In this document: positions 39,774-48,616 of the stretch, piece after piece
How the letters are laid out: the number at the start of each line of letters is the position of its first letter
Numbering within the stretch: position 1 is the first letter of the stretch
Notes under the pieces: model-generated
Databases searched by the model: none
What the model saw: the letters and a program-made list of their open reading frames with translations, nothing else
Told to the model about the DNA's origin: nothing
DNA from: a virus
IMG/VR virus record: IMGVR_UViG_3300037245_002806
Location: 1 to 64,000 of that record
Reading direction: 5' to 3' (one strand)
Length of the DNA: 64,000 bases
Made by a program: the position numbers and the translations under genes

Positions 39774-40271
39774 ATGGAAAGCAAGAAAGCGCAAAACGAA
39801 AACGAGGGAGAAACCATGACACACGAAATCCGAATTGCCAAGGGTAAGAAAAGCTGCGATAAATGCTCGGCCCATGGACTCTACTGGCACCAAAGCCGCG
39901 CCGGCAACTGGGTGTTATTCGAGTTGATCGACATCGTGGATGAGGCTGGCGACTCTGTAGATTCCACCCACCGCGCCCACTACGCTTACTGCGGCGCCGA
40001 CGTCGAGCAAGCGCCCGCCAAGGTTACCCCCGAAATCGACGCCGAAACCCGCAACGCTATCCACGAAGCGATCGGGGTTATCTACGATAATTGCGACGGT
40101 GCGACCCGCCGGGATGGCGCTGGCTTCTCGAAGCACGACGCCCGCTTTGGCCACGACCTTGCAAGGGCCGGCAGCCTGAGCAATAACATGGCCGCCGCTG
40201 GCCGCCGCATGGTAAAAAAATACCGCCGCCAGCTTACCGCGGCTGGCTTCGACCTCGACCGCTTGAATTAG
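39774..40271 (+). CDS. Hypothetical early protein
   Basis: CDGA..RDGAGFSKHD...KYRRQL C-terminal domain; alternative Shine-Dalgarno-led start at 39816. Confidence 0.75.
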   Translation: MESKKAQNENEGETMTHEIRIAKGKKSCDKCSAHGLYWHQSRAGNWVLFELIDIVDEAGDSVDSTHRAHYAYCGADVEQAPAKVTPEIDAETRNAIHEAIGVIYDNCDGATRRDGAGFSKHDARFGHDLARAGSLSNNMAAAGRRMVKKYRRQLTAAGFDLDRLN

Positions 40272-40287
40272 AGGGGGGATAGATACC

Positions 40288-40767
40288 ATGGCAAGTTTAT
40301 TCGACGTCCGGAGCAACGCGCTCCGACTCTTTAAAGAGCACGGGCTCGATGAGAAGGGTTGGAGCTTTGGCTTTGACAATGCAAAACGTAGATTCGGCCA
40401 GTGTAGCGCCGGCGCCAAGCGGATCACGATCTCGAAGCACCTGGCCGCCCTAAACACCTTGGAACGGGTGACCCAGACCATTAAACACGAGATCGCGCAT
40501 GCGCTCGCCGGCCCCGTTGGCCATGCCCGTGCATGGCGGATCATGGCCTTGAGGATCGGTTGTCCGCCTGTCCGGTGCTACTCTACCTCGGAGGTTGCTA
40601 CCCCGAGCGCGCCATATGAGGCTAAATGCCCCGGTTGCGGCATGGTGGCCAAAAAGTTTAAGCGCCCCCGCCGGCCTTCGTCCTGTGGTCGGTGCTCGCC
40701 CCGATACGACGCCCGTTTCCTTTTGACCTTTCTCGACGTGCGGGCTCGGCTCCGCCAGGGGAAATAA
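40288..40767 (+). CDS. SprT-like zinc metalloprotease domain protein
   Basis: FDNAKRRFGQC, KHEIAHAL (HExxH), GH..AW, C-terminal CPGC/CGRC. Confidence 0.88.
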   Translation: MASLFDVRSNALRLFKEHGLDEKGWSFGFDNAKRRFGQCSAGAKRITISKHLAALNTLERVTQTIKHEIAHALAGPVGHARAWRIMALRIGCPPVRCYSTSEVATPSAPYEAKCPGCGMVAKKFKRPRRPSSCGRCSPRYDARFLLTFLDVRARLRQGK

Positions 40768-40768
40768 C

Positions 40769-41023
40769 ATGTATCGAACGATACCCAACGGAATCGACCT
40801 TACAGCGATTAGACAATGGATGTGGGATCACGTTGACATGTATCCCACCGACGTGGATCGGTTGGTGCACCTCTACTACCTCGACCACGTTCTAGATACC
40901 GAGATTGAGGCCAGGATCGATACCGCCGCGGGGAAGGTGGACCCCGCCCGGTACGTCGCCTTGGAAATCCAAGAATATTTCGCCCGAGGTTGGAAAAATG
41001 AGAAAAAGCCACCCTCGAATTAA
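40769..41023 (+). CDS. Hypothetical protein
   Basis: Tiled ORF. Confidence 0.6.
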   Translation: MYRTIPNGIDLTAIRQWMWDHVDMYPTDVDRLVHLYYLDHVLDTEIEARIDTAAGKVDPARYVALEIQEYFARGWKNEKKPPSN

Positions 41024-41047
41024 AAGCATAATTATCGCACTTTTTCC

Positions 41048-41082
41048 TTGACAGAACCGGTAGAATATCGTATATTATAAGT
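41048..41082 (+). promoter_or_regulatory. Early sigma70-type promoter (leaderless)
   Basis: TTGACA-17-TATATT-ATAAGT-ATG. Confidence 0.88.
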
Positions 41083-42132
41083 ATGGAAAGCACAAAGAAA
41101 GGGGAAAGCACGATGACAGAAACACAGAGAAACGCTCTCCGCGCAATGGCCGCCCGGAACACCGGCGCCTTATTGGTTGGACCTTGGGGCGACCGTGAAG
41201 GCGCCAGTTGGTGCTGGCCGGAAACGGTACGGCTCTCCGACGATGCCGCCCGCGCTGTGCTCGCCCGCTTAGCCGAACTGGAAAGGAACGGACAATGACT
41301 AACGAAGAAATCGCAATGTTAGCGCAAGAGGTTTACCAACTCGCCGCGGAATCCACCCGCAAGGGCGGATCGTGGAATCCTGGTGACCTAAAAGGGTTCG
41401 ATACCGGTAAGGCGCAACGGGCTTTCCAGATATTGACAAAGGCCGCCGGCGATCTCGATACCCTGGCGAAAGAAGGGGATCACACCGAAGGTGAATGCGA
41501 AGTATGCCAAGGCGCCGCCGCCGGTTGCGTAACATGCGGTGGATCCGGGCAAGCCCTTTACTGCTTGCGGACGGGTTGTGGGAGACCGGCAACCCACTTA
41601 GAGAACGTGGCCGGCGAAAGCCACGCCTATTGCGACGAGTGCACCACTGGAGGTACCCGATGAACTGTAACGAATGTGACCGCAAGGTGGTAAGGCGAAA
41701 CGCCATCGGGCAGTGCCAATGGTGCTCGGCGGAAGAAGCGCGGATCCTAAACCGCGCCGAATCGATCGCCAGGGAAAAGCACTACACCGTCGCGGAAGTG
41801 AACCGCCGCGCGGATCTGGCGCTCGAATCGGTACGGCTGGCCGATGCCGCTTCGAAGGCCGGCCCGCACACCGTACCGCCTTGGTTTGCCGCTGAGAATC
41901 TAATCCTGGGGCCGGCGGAAGTCGCCGCCAGATACCGAACCAACCTGGCGATGGCGGGAGATGTAAAACCATGAGCATAATAATCGAGGTAGAAGAACAC
42001 GATCTTTGGGTAATCCGGTATGCGCTTAAAGTGCTCGCCCGCCGGGCTTTCTTGCCGCCTCTGCCGCCGGATGATTCCAAAACGCAAAAAGAAGCCGTCG
42101 AGGTTTTGCAAAAGCTCCACCGCCAGACGTAG
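41083..42132 (+). other. Four small early genes (41083-41298, 41295-41663, 41660-41974, 41971-42132)
   Basis: ATGA-overlapped tiling. Confidence 0.7.
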
Positions 42133-42236
42133 CGACTAGGGATCTCACCGAAGGGGGATGCTAAAAAACCACCACTCACGCCGGGTATGCTAAAATTTTA
42201 GCGGCAAAATAAATACAAAATAAATCCCTTTTTCTC

Positions 42237-42271
42237 TTGACAAAACCGGTAGAATATCGTATATTATAAGT
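42237..42271 (+). promoter_or_regulatory. Early sigma70-type promoter (leaderless)
   Basis: TTGACA-17-TATATT-ATAAGT-ATG; near-identical to 41048. Confidence 0.88.
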
Positions 42272-42559
42272 ATGGAAAGCAACAAAGAAACAAAGAAAAG
42301 CAAAGGGGAAAAAGCCATGACCCAGGAACAGATGGAGCAACTTATAGTAGCGGTGGACGACGGACGAATAACCGGTGAGTTTTTCGACGCCACGATAAAC
42401 GGTCGGGACCAATGGGTACCTGGCTCGGGCGGAAATGAGACCTGGACCCTGGCGCGAAATGGCCGCTCTTACCTGTACTGTTACAACCCGGCCACCCAGG
42501 AGCACGGTTGGCTGAACCAGAGCGATATAGTCGAGATGGAAAGCCCTTACGGGCTCTAG
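42272..42559 (+). CDS. Small early protein
   Basis: Leaderless start MESNKET; second in-frame Shine-Dalgarno-led ATG at 42317. Confidence 0.7.
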   Translation: MESNKETKKSKGEKAMTQEQMEQLIVAVDDGRITGEFFDATINGRDQWVPGSGGNETWTLARNGRSYLYCYNPATQEHGWLNQSDIVEMESPYGL

Positions 42560-42665
42560 ATAGAAGGGGGGCGAAAGCCCCCACCCCGGCGGACGAGGGG
42601 ATGCACCCCGCTTATTTAGGCTAGCGCCGGGACGGCATAATAAAACCCTGTTAGCTCGAACCCTC

Positions 42666-42690
42666 GGGGCGCGAAAGCGCCCCATCTTTT
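42666..42690 (+). terminator. Intrinsic terminator
   Basis: GGGCGC-GAAA-GCGCCC followed by ATCTTTTT. Confidence 0.65.
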
Positions 42691-42897
42691 TGCTCAGGGG
42701 AGCCCGCCCCGAGCCCGCCGTTTTTCGACCTCCCGCGCCGGCGCCAGGAGCACCGCATACTAACCCGCTGATAAGGTCTGTCTATCCCGATGCTACGCCG
42801 TTCCCAACTGGATAAAAGTGCACCGATTCCCGCCGTAGGCTCAGGGCCCGCCCTCATCGAGCCCTAAAAATAAATCCAAAATAAAGCACCTTTTTAC

Positions 42898-42932
42898 TTG
42901 ACAAAGCCGGTAGATATTGGTATATTATAAGT
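42898..42932 (+). promoter_or_regulatory. Early sigma70-type promoter (leaderless)
   Basis: TTGACA-17-TATATT-ATAAGT-ATG. Confidence 0.88.
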
Positions 42933-43249
42933 ATGGAAAACGAGAACGGGCGAAAAACAAAACTGGAAAAAGAATCCGCCGGCGAAAAGCAGAAATGCCC
43001 GACTTGCCGGTATCGCTGGCCGGGACATAACACAAGCTGCCCGGTGCTACGCTCGAATCGCCTACATGGAAAGAGTGAATAATGGACGAGATTAAGACAA
43101 TGCAGGATGGCAACAAGGTCCGCCACGAAGGGCCGTGCACGTGGTGCAAAACCTTCTCCACCCACCTGAAGCCCTCGGATCGCTGGATGCAACCCGGCGA
43201 ACTTATCTGCAACGGCTGCCAAAACCAACTAACCGAAAGCAAGAGGTAA
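42933..43249 (+). other. Two tiny Zn-finger-like genes (42933-43082 MENENGRK...CPTC...H..SC; 43082-43249)
   Basis: Below the ORF-track cutoff; TAATG overlap. Confidence 0.6.
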
Positions 43250-43253
43250 TCCG

Positions 43254-43916
43254 ATGACCAAAGAATGCACCCGCTGTGAAGGAATGCCCGCGATGGAGTG
43301 CCCCGACGAGCCCGTTTGCAAGCGGTGCGAAGGTACCGGGGAAGAGCCGGCGCCGTGTGGGTACGGGGAAGCCTCGTGCCAGGATGTGCAACTGAGGGAT
43401 CCTTCCTACACTTGCCACGACCACCCGGTGCCTGTGCCATGCGAAAAGTGCGGCGGTAACGGGTTGCTTGGCGAAAATGGCGAACGGGTGGAGCGCACCT
43501 CCCATGCCCCGATGAAAGCCTGCAACCGCTGCTTTGGATCGGGAGTCGAGCCCCCAGAGGATATCCGACGGGCGCCCACGCCGGCTGAGGTGATCGCCGG
43601 CGCCCACCCCGAGGTTGCCGCCCACGCCGAAAGGGTGGCCAACCCGCCGGCGCCGCCACCGCTTCGACCGTATTCCCCCATGGTGCATAACAACGGCACC
43701 GGACGCCAGGAGCTTGAAAGCCAACTCCGCAACGCCGGCGCCGCGGTACAAAATGCGATGGAAGCACTTCGCGCCGCCTACCCGAACGGGCGAGATTATT
43801 ACATCCAAGATACCCTGAAGGCCGCTTGCACCCAATGGGATGCCCGCTTCGAAAAACTGCAAACGGTTTACCGTGAGATCTTCCAGATCTACGAAAACGT
43901 CGCCGATCAAGAATAG
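43254..43916 (+). CDS. Protein with DnaJ-type CxxCxGxG zinc-finger repeats
   Basis: CKRCEGTG, CEKCGGNG, CNRCFGSG. Confidence 0.7.
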   Translation: MTKECTRCEGMPAMECPDEPVCKRCEGTGEEPAPCGYGEASCQDVQLRDPSYTCHDHPVPVPCEKCGGNGLLGENGERVERTSHAPMKACNRCFGSGVEPPEDIRRAPTPAEVIAGAHPEVAAHAERVANPPAPPPLRPYSPMVHNNGTGRQELESQLRNAGAAVQNAMEALRAAYPNGRDYYIQDTLKAACTQWDARFEKLQTVYREIFQIYENVADQE

Positions 43917-43928
43917 GAGTAGAAACCG

Positions 43929-44397
43929 ATGTGCCAGAAAAGCATAAACGAAAGAGAACGGGAACAGGAAACCGAGCGCCGCAAGGTGGAAGCTCTCGAA
44001 AGGATTGCCGCCCGGCTGGAACAGCTAAACGGCACCGTCGCCAAAGCCCTTGAACCCCTTCAAAATCTCGGATACATCGACAACGTAGCCGAAAAGATTG
44101 CCGGCGAATTGGTAAATCTTTCCGCCGTGATCCATAAAAGGAAATAGCCAAATGGATATGTGCAAACTGGACGACCTGAAAGAGTGGGTTCGAGATTGGG
44201 CCGTGCACTACAGTCGAACCCCGGAGAAGTTTTACGCCCGCGTAGCCATGGTTGCCCGTGAACAACGGATCAACATGGAAAACGCCACCTCTGGCGGTAG
44301 ACACCCGACGTGGTGCGACCCGAAAGAATACCGGCGATGTGTCGAGCGCCTCGAAGATATCGCCCGCCGGCGCCCACCCCTCAAAACCCTCTGGTAG
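43929..44397 (+). other. Two small genes (43929-44147, 44152-44397)
   Basis: AGGAG Shine-Dalgarno; followed by a hairpin terminator at ~44405-44431. Confidence 0.6.
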
Positions 44398-44626
44398 TCA
44401 ACGGAGCCCCCCACCCCCAGGGGGGGCTTTTCCCCACCTTGCCCGCGGTGGAATTCATCCCTATCCGGTGAACCCCTTTATCCACACCGCTTAGCCCCGT
44501 GGGGCTCATCCCCCTACGTTTAGTGCGAAATACCCCTTTCTACCCACACCTTTTGCCTTTCTACCAAGCGGCATCACCTAAACCCTTGTTTTACCTTGCT
44601 TTAATTGGATAGATATATGCGCCTTA

Positions 44627-44644
44627 TTGGCACGAAGCGTGCAT
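44627..44644 (+). promoter_or_regulatory. Sigma54 (-24/-12)-like promoter
   Basis: TTGGCACGAAGCGTGCAT, ATG at 44656. Confidence 0.4.
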
Positions 44645-44655
44645 ATATAAGAGGT

Positions 44656-45017
44656 ATGATGACAAAAACAGCAAAAAGCAACGGGGAAGCAAAAGCGGCC
44701 TCGACGGTTTTTGCGCCCACCGGGGATAACGCTACCGAGCCCAAAGGGCCGGTGGTAGGTAACCCGGTGGAGCTTTCGGGGGGATCAAAATGACTTTCGC
44801 AATTATCGCCTTTATCGCAATCGGTGTTATCTGGCTTAACTGCGCCTTCCCCGTGACCCCTTTTGGTCGCCTGGTTCTAACCCTTATCGGAAAATAGGAG
44901 CAAACCATGGAAATTCCAGCGTACTACCCTTTCGGCGAGCCCGAGACCGTTCCGGATTTATGCTACAACTGCGATCGCCCGATGGATGACCACCACCCCG
45001 ATTGCCCGGACGCCTAA
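44656..45017 (+). other. Three tiny genes (44656-44793; 44790-44897 membrane peptide; 44907-45017 CxxC..H..C)
   Basis: Tiled ORFs followed by the GGGGGGC-GAAA-GCCCCCC terminator at ~45030-45058. Confidence 0.5.
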
Positions 45018-45075
45018 ACCCTACCCCTCGGGGGGCGAAAGCCCCCCACCTTCCTTTTGCCCGATCTGACCCTTC

Positions 45076-45415
45076 CCTCTGCGAACGTCGCCTGATTAGG
45101 GGTGTTCGACTTCGCACACCTGGCCGGCGTTTCGAGGTGCTCCCTCTGCGAGCCGATCCGGTGCCCGCCTCTGCGAGCGATCCGGGGTGGCCCCTCTGCG
45201 AGCAAAAATGGGGTGTTCGACTTCGCACACCTGGCCGACATTTCACGTGGTCCCCTCTGCGAGCGTTTCGAGGTGGTCCCTCTGCGAGCCGATCCGGGGT
45301 GTTCGACTTCGCACACTATCTACGTCGATCCGGCGGTGCTCCTCTGCGAGCGTTTTAGGGGTGTCCGTCTTCGCACACCTGGCCGGCGTTTTAGGGGTGT
45401 TCGACTTCGCACACC
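45076..45415. repeat. Non-coding two-motif repeat array: 5x GGGGTGTTCGACTTCGCACAC and 7x CCTCTGCGA(G)
   Basis: Motif A at 45099, 45210, 45296, 45358 (2 mismatches), 45394; motif B at 45076, 45143, 45168, 45193, 45254, 45279, 45341. Confidence 0.9.
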
Positions 45416-45447
45416 TCAACCTACCACATAATAAATGTATTTTATGC

Positions 45448-45482
45448 TTGCCTTATCTACGGGGTTTTGGTACTATATACGT
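45448..45482 (+). promoter_or_regulatory. Sigma70-type promoter (leaderless variant)
   Basis: TTGCCT-17-TACTAT-ATACGT-ATG. Confidence 0.7.
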
Positions 45483-45498
45483 ATGGAGGTTGGAGAAA

Positions 45499-45675
45499 AT
45501 GGTTAAAGTTTTTCTCTGTTGGTTCGAAAACGGCCAATTCGCCGAGTGTAGGGCGCGAAGTGCCGAATCCGCCAAATCGTTTGTAAACTCCTATTACAAG
45601 CGCCCGGTGGTAAGCGTCGAGTTGACCACCGAATACCCTGCGGCGCTCCATGAGGCGCTCTGGAGTGCGGTTTAG
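45499..45675 (+). CDS. Small hypothetical protein
   Basis: MVKVFLCWFENG..., GGAG Shine-Dalgarno. Confidence 0.6.
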   Translation: MVKVFLCWFENGQFAECRARSAESAKSFVNSYYKRPVVSVELTTEYPAALHEALWSAV

Positions 45676-46214
45676 TGCGCATCCAATGCTTTTACTGCCA
45701 AGGAAGTGGAACCACCGCCCTCAATGCCTCGGGGATCTGCCACCGGTGCGATGGGATTGGTACCTTGGACGGTGAGCACCCGGTGGCCTACGCCTACCTT
45801 TTTGCGAAGGATTGCCACGCCGGGCAAACGGATGACGACGGAAAGGATTACCTCGAAGCCCACTGCCGCCACGTCTTCGAGATTGTCCGCGCCGCGGCCC
45901 CTGAGGATACCGCGCTCCATGCCGCTGCTTTCCTGCACGATGTGATCGAGGATACCGAGCACGACTATAGCGAGATCCATGCCGAATTCGGCCAGGACGT
46001 CGCCGATTTGGTGCACGAAGTAACGCATGAGGGCCAGAAGGATTCCAAAGGGTTCTACTTTCCGCGGCTGCGGACCCCCAGAGGGATCCAGCTAAAATTC
46101 GCCGATAGGCTCTCGAATCTATCCCGTATGGAGCCGTGGAGCGAAAGGCGGGTCAACCACTACTTGCACAACTCTCGTTTCTGGCGTACCGGGAACGAAA
46201 AGAGGTTTCGATAA
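45675..46214 (+). CDS. HD-domain small alarmone hydrolase-like protein (RelA/SpoT HD, Mesh1-like) with N-terminal CxxCxGxG finger
   Basis: AKDCHAGQ..D.GKDY..H, AAFLHDVIEDT, FGQDVADLVHEVT, LKFADRLSNL. Confidence 0.85.
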   Translation: MRIQCFYCQGSGTTALNASGICHRCDGIGTLDGEHPVAYAYLFAKDCHAGQTDDDGKDYLEAHCRHVFEIVRAAAPEDTALHAAAFLHDVIEDTEHDYSEIHAEFGQDVADLVHEVTHEGQKDSKGFYFPRLRTPRGIQLKFADRLSNLSRMEPWSERRVNHYLHNSRFWRTGNEKRFR

Positions 46215-46978
46215 TGCCGACACTGACGATTGATCCTAACCTACGCGGTATCCTTGCCAATATGGTCTGGCGAGAAAATGCCGCTAAGATCGTGGCGAAG
46301 CTCGACCGCCCCACCTACGTAAAGATCAACAAGATTTTAGAGTGCCTCGGGGGAAAATGGGATCGGTCGCTCCAAGCGCACATTTTCGAAGGGGAAGCCC
46401 GCGAAGCGGTGGAGGATGCCGCCGAGACCGGCACATACATTGACTGGAAGCGGCAAAACGAATTCTTTGAAACCCCCGAGCCCCTTGCCTGCCGTATGCT
46501 CGACCTTGCCGACGTCGCCCCCAATTTTACCGTTCTGGAGCCCTCCGCGGGGAAAGGCGCCATCGTAAAGCCGGCACTGCAATTCGGCGCCACGGTGCTC
46601 GCTGTCGAGCAATTCGAGCCCTATGCCAAAGTGATCGCCGGCTTGGCTCCGGACGGTTTCGACAGGCTCAAGGTGGCGGTGCTCGATTTCCTTGCCTTTA
46701 AACCTACTCCGGTTTTCGATGCCGTGGTAATGAACCCGCCTTTTAAAACCGACGTCTACCACGTCGCCTATGCTGCCCGCTTTCTTCGCCCCGGCGGAAA
46801 GCTGGTCTCGGTGATGGGGCCAGGTTGGACGTTTCGAACCGCGGCGATCTCCGAACGTTTCCGATATTGGGTTACCACCATGGGCGCAAAATGGGAAAAG
46901 CTGCCAGAGAAGTCTTTTTCCTCGTCCGGTACCTATGTCCATTCCGGGTTGCTTACGATGCAAAGGGCCGACCCGTGA
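46214..46978 (+). CDS. SAM-dependent N6-adenine-type methyltransferase
   Basis: FFETP, VLEPSAGKGAI, VVMNPPF, FSSSGT. Confidence 0.85.
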   Translation: MPTLTIDPNLRGILANMVWRENAAKIVAKLDRPTYVKINKILECLGGKWDRSLQAHIFEGEAREAVEDAAETGTYIDWKRQNEFFETPEPLACRMLDLADVAPNFTVLEPSAGKGAIVKPALQFGATVLAVEQFEPYAKVIAGLAPDGFDRLKVAVLDFLAFKPTPVFDAVVMNPPFKTDVYHVAYAARFLRPGGKLVSVMGPGWTFRTAAISERFRYWVTTMGAKWEKLPEKSFSSSGTYVHSGLLTMQRADP

Positions 46979-47041
46979 CCGAATACCGAAAGCGGGATCG
47001 CTTCGCGCTCGAAGGCCGGGAACTGTTTTTCAGGGAGGAAA

Positions 47042-47954
47042 ATGTGAAAAACGAAAGCGAGATCAAGTGCTCGAAACATTGTGGCCGCGGCTGCACCCGG
47101 AAAGAATACGAAACCGCGGAGAAAGGCGCCCTCAAACTCGCCCGCCGGCTTGGCAAAGGGTGGAAACCCGACGTTTGGGAAAATCTCGGCTGGCACTATG
47201 CCGCCCGCCGCGGTGGAGTGCGAGTGCACCCACATCCTACCGGCCCGCCCGGTTTTACCGCTTACCTTAATTACCAAAAGAGCCCCGGTGGTCGGTGGGT
47301 TGCCTCTGCGAGCACCCCCCAGAAGGCCATTACCGAAGCTCTGGCGATTGCGAGAATGGAGCGAGACGAAATCGCCAAGGCCGTTCGAAAAATCGAGCAA
47401 TATTTAGAGGAAGATTAATGCCCTACCCTAAAATCCGCGATCCCGAGATCACTATCCCGATCCCCTGCAAGCGTCATCGGGAATATGGGGGAAAGAAAGC
47501 CCCGACGAGCGGTTGCACTATCTGCGAGATCTTCTACCTGGAGCGCCGTACCGCCATGGCCGAAGTAAAGGCCGCGCTCCGGTTGCTCGACCGATATGGG
47601 GCCGTCGATTGGTACGAAGGCGGGTACCCAACGCCGGGCCTCTCGGATATGCGGATAAAAACCCCGCCGTGGATGTCACACGGGCGGACCCTGGTAAGCA
47701 ATAGCGGCCACCGGGAACGGCAAAACGACGGGTGTTTGCTGTACGAACGGTTGCGCCGGCATCCGAGGTAACTCTATATCACCCCCCGCTTACGAAAGGT
47801 TGCGGCGATGCAAAAGCAAAAATGTAAACGGTGCGATCGCGTCTTTTGGACGAGGGGGAAAGCCCTCTGCAAGCGATGCCTGCGGATTTTAGAAAGGCCG
47901 TTAACGCCGAATGGCAAGGATCTGATGGTAAATTGGAATCGCGGAATCTTCTAG
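47042..47954 (+). other. Three small genes (~47042-47418, 47418-47771, 47808-47954 Zn-ribbon)
   Basis: Tiled plus-strand ORFs converging on the late operon. Confidence 0.55.
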
Positions 47955-48616
47955 GGTTCCGTCGTTTGGCTCGCTTCCACCTCGACCTCGGCCCACTCGA
48001 TCAAGATGTTGCCCGCGTCTGTAATCGCCGTATATTTTACGGTGTGCACGTTGACTTGGGTACCGTCGTTTAAGGTTTTGGCTTGCCCCGTTACCACATC
48101 GGAACCCACGACCGCCGTGCCCGACGTAAAAAGGATCAACGTGGTGTCCGCGCCGGCGAACTTCTCGACGGCCTCGACCGTCCCGCTGCTTACCGCTTCC
48201 CCTGTAGCCAAAACGTCGGTAAAATCCACCCCCACCGGGAAGGTCTCTTGCTCTTTCTTCGTAACGTAAAGCACCGGTGTTCGTTCCGTTACCACGCTTA
48301 GGAAGATTTCGATCTCGAATTTCGTGCCCCCGTCGGTGATGATCTCGAATTCGACGAGATACTCCCCCACCGTTGTGCCGCCAGGATCGGCGATCACCCG
48401 CGCCGCTACTAGATTGTTTGGGGCATCTATCGTTTTTTCGACCACTACCCCGAAAAGTGCATCTGTGCTGTAGACAATCGGGGAAACCCCCCGCTCGATC
48501 GCCTGCACATTAAACGCGGTGATCGTCTCGCCGGCAGGAATGGCAAACGGAATCGCCGTTTCGAGCCAGAACTTTTCGCCCGTTGCTTTGGTAACCGGTC
48601 CTTTTGATTCTCTCAT
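47951..48616 (-). CDS. Putative virion structural protein (two related beta-sandwich-like halves)
   Basis: VTKATGEKF... and VTKKEQETF... halves; last gene of the late operon. Confidence 0.6.
   Translation of the reverse strand: MRESKGPVTKATGEKFWLETAIPFAIPAGETITAFNVQAIERGVSPIVYSTDALFGVVVEKTIDAPNNLVAARVIADPGGTTVGEYLVEFEIITDGGTKFEIEIFLSVVTERTPVLYVTKKEQETFPVGVDFTDVLATGEAVSSGTVEAVEKFAGADTTLILFTSGTAVVGSDVVTGQAKTLNDGTQVNVHTVKYTAITDAGNILIEWAEVEVEASQTTEP

Noticed and set aside
42925-44304. 459-aa minus-strand ORF
   Set aside because: Arg/Pro-rich antisense shadow of well-tiled plus-strand genes that have their own promoter.
45076-45415. CRISPR array
   Set aside because: Spacing is irregular (36-111 bp), the intervening sequences repeat each other, and no cas genes are visible; kept as an unexplained repeat array.
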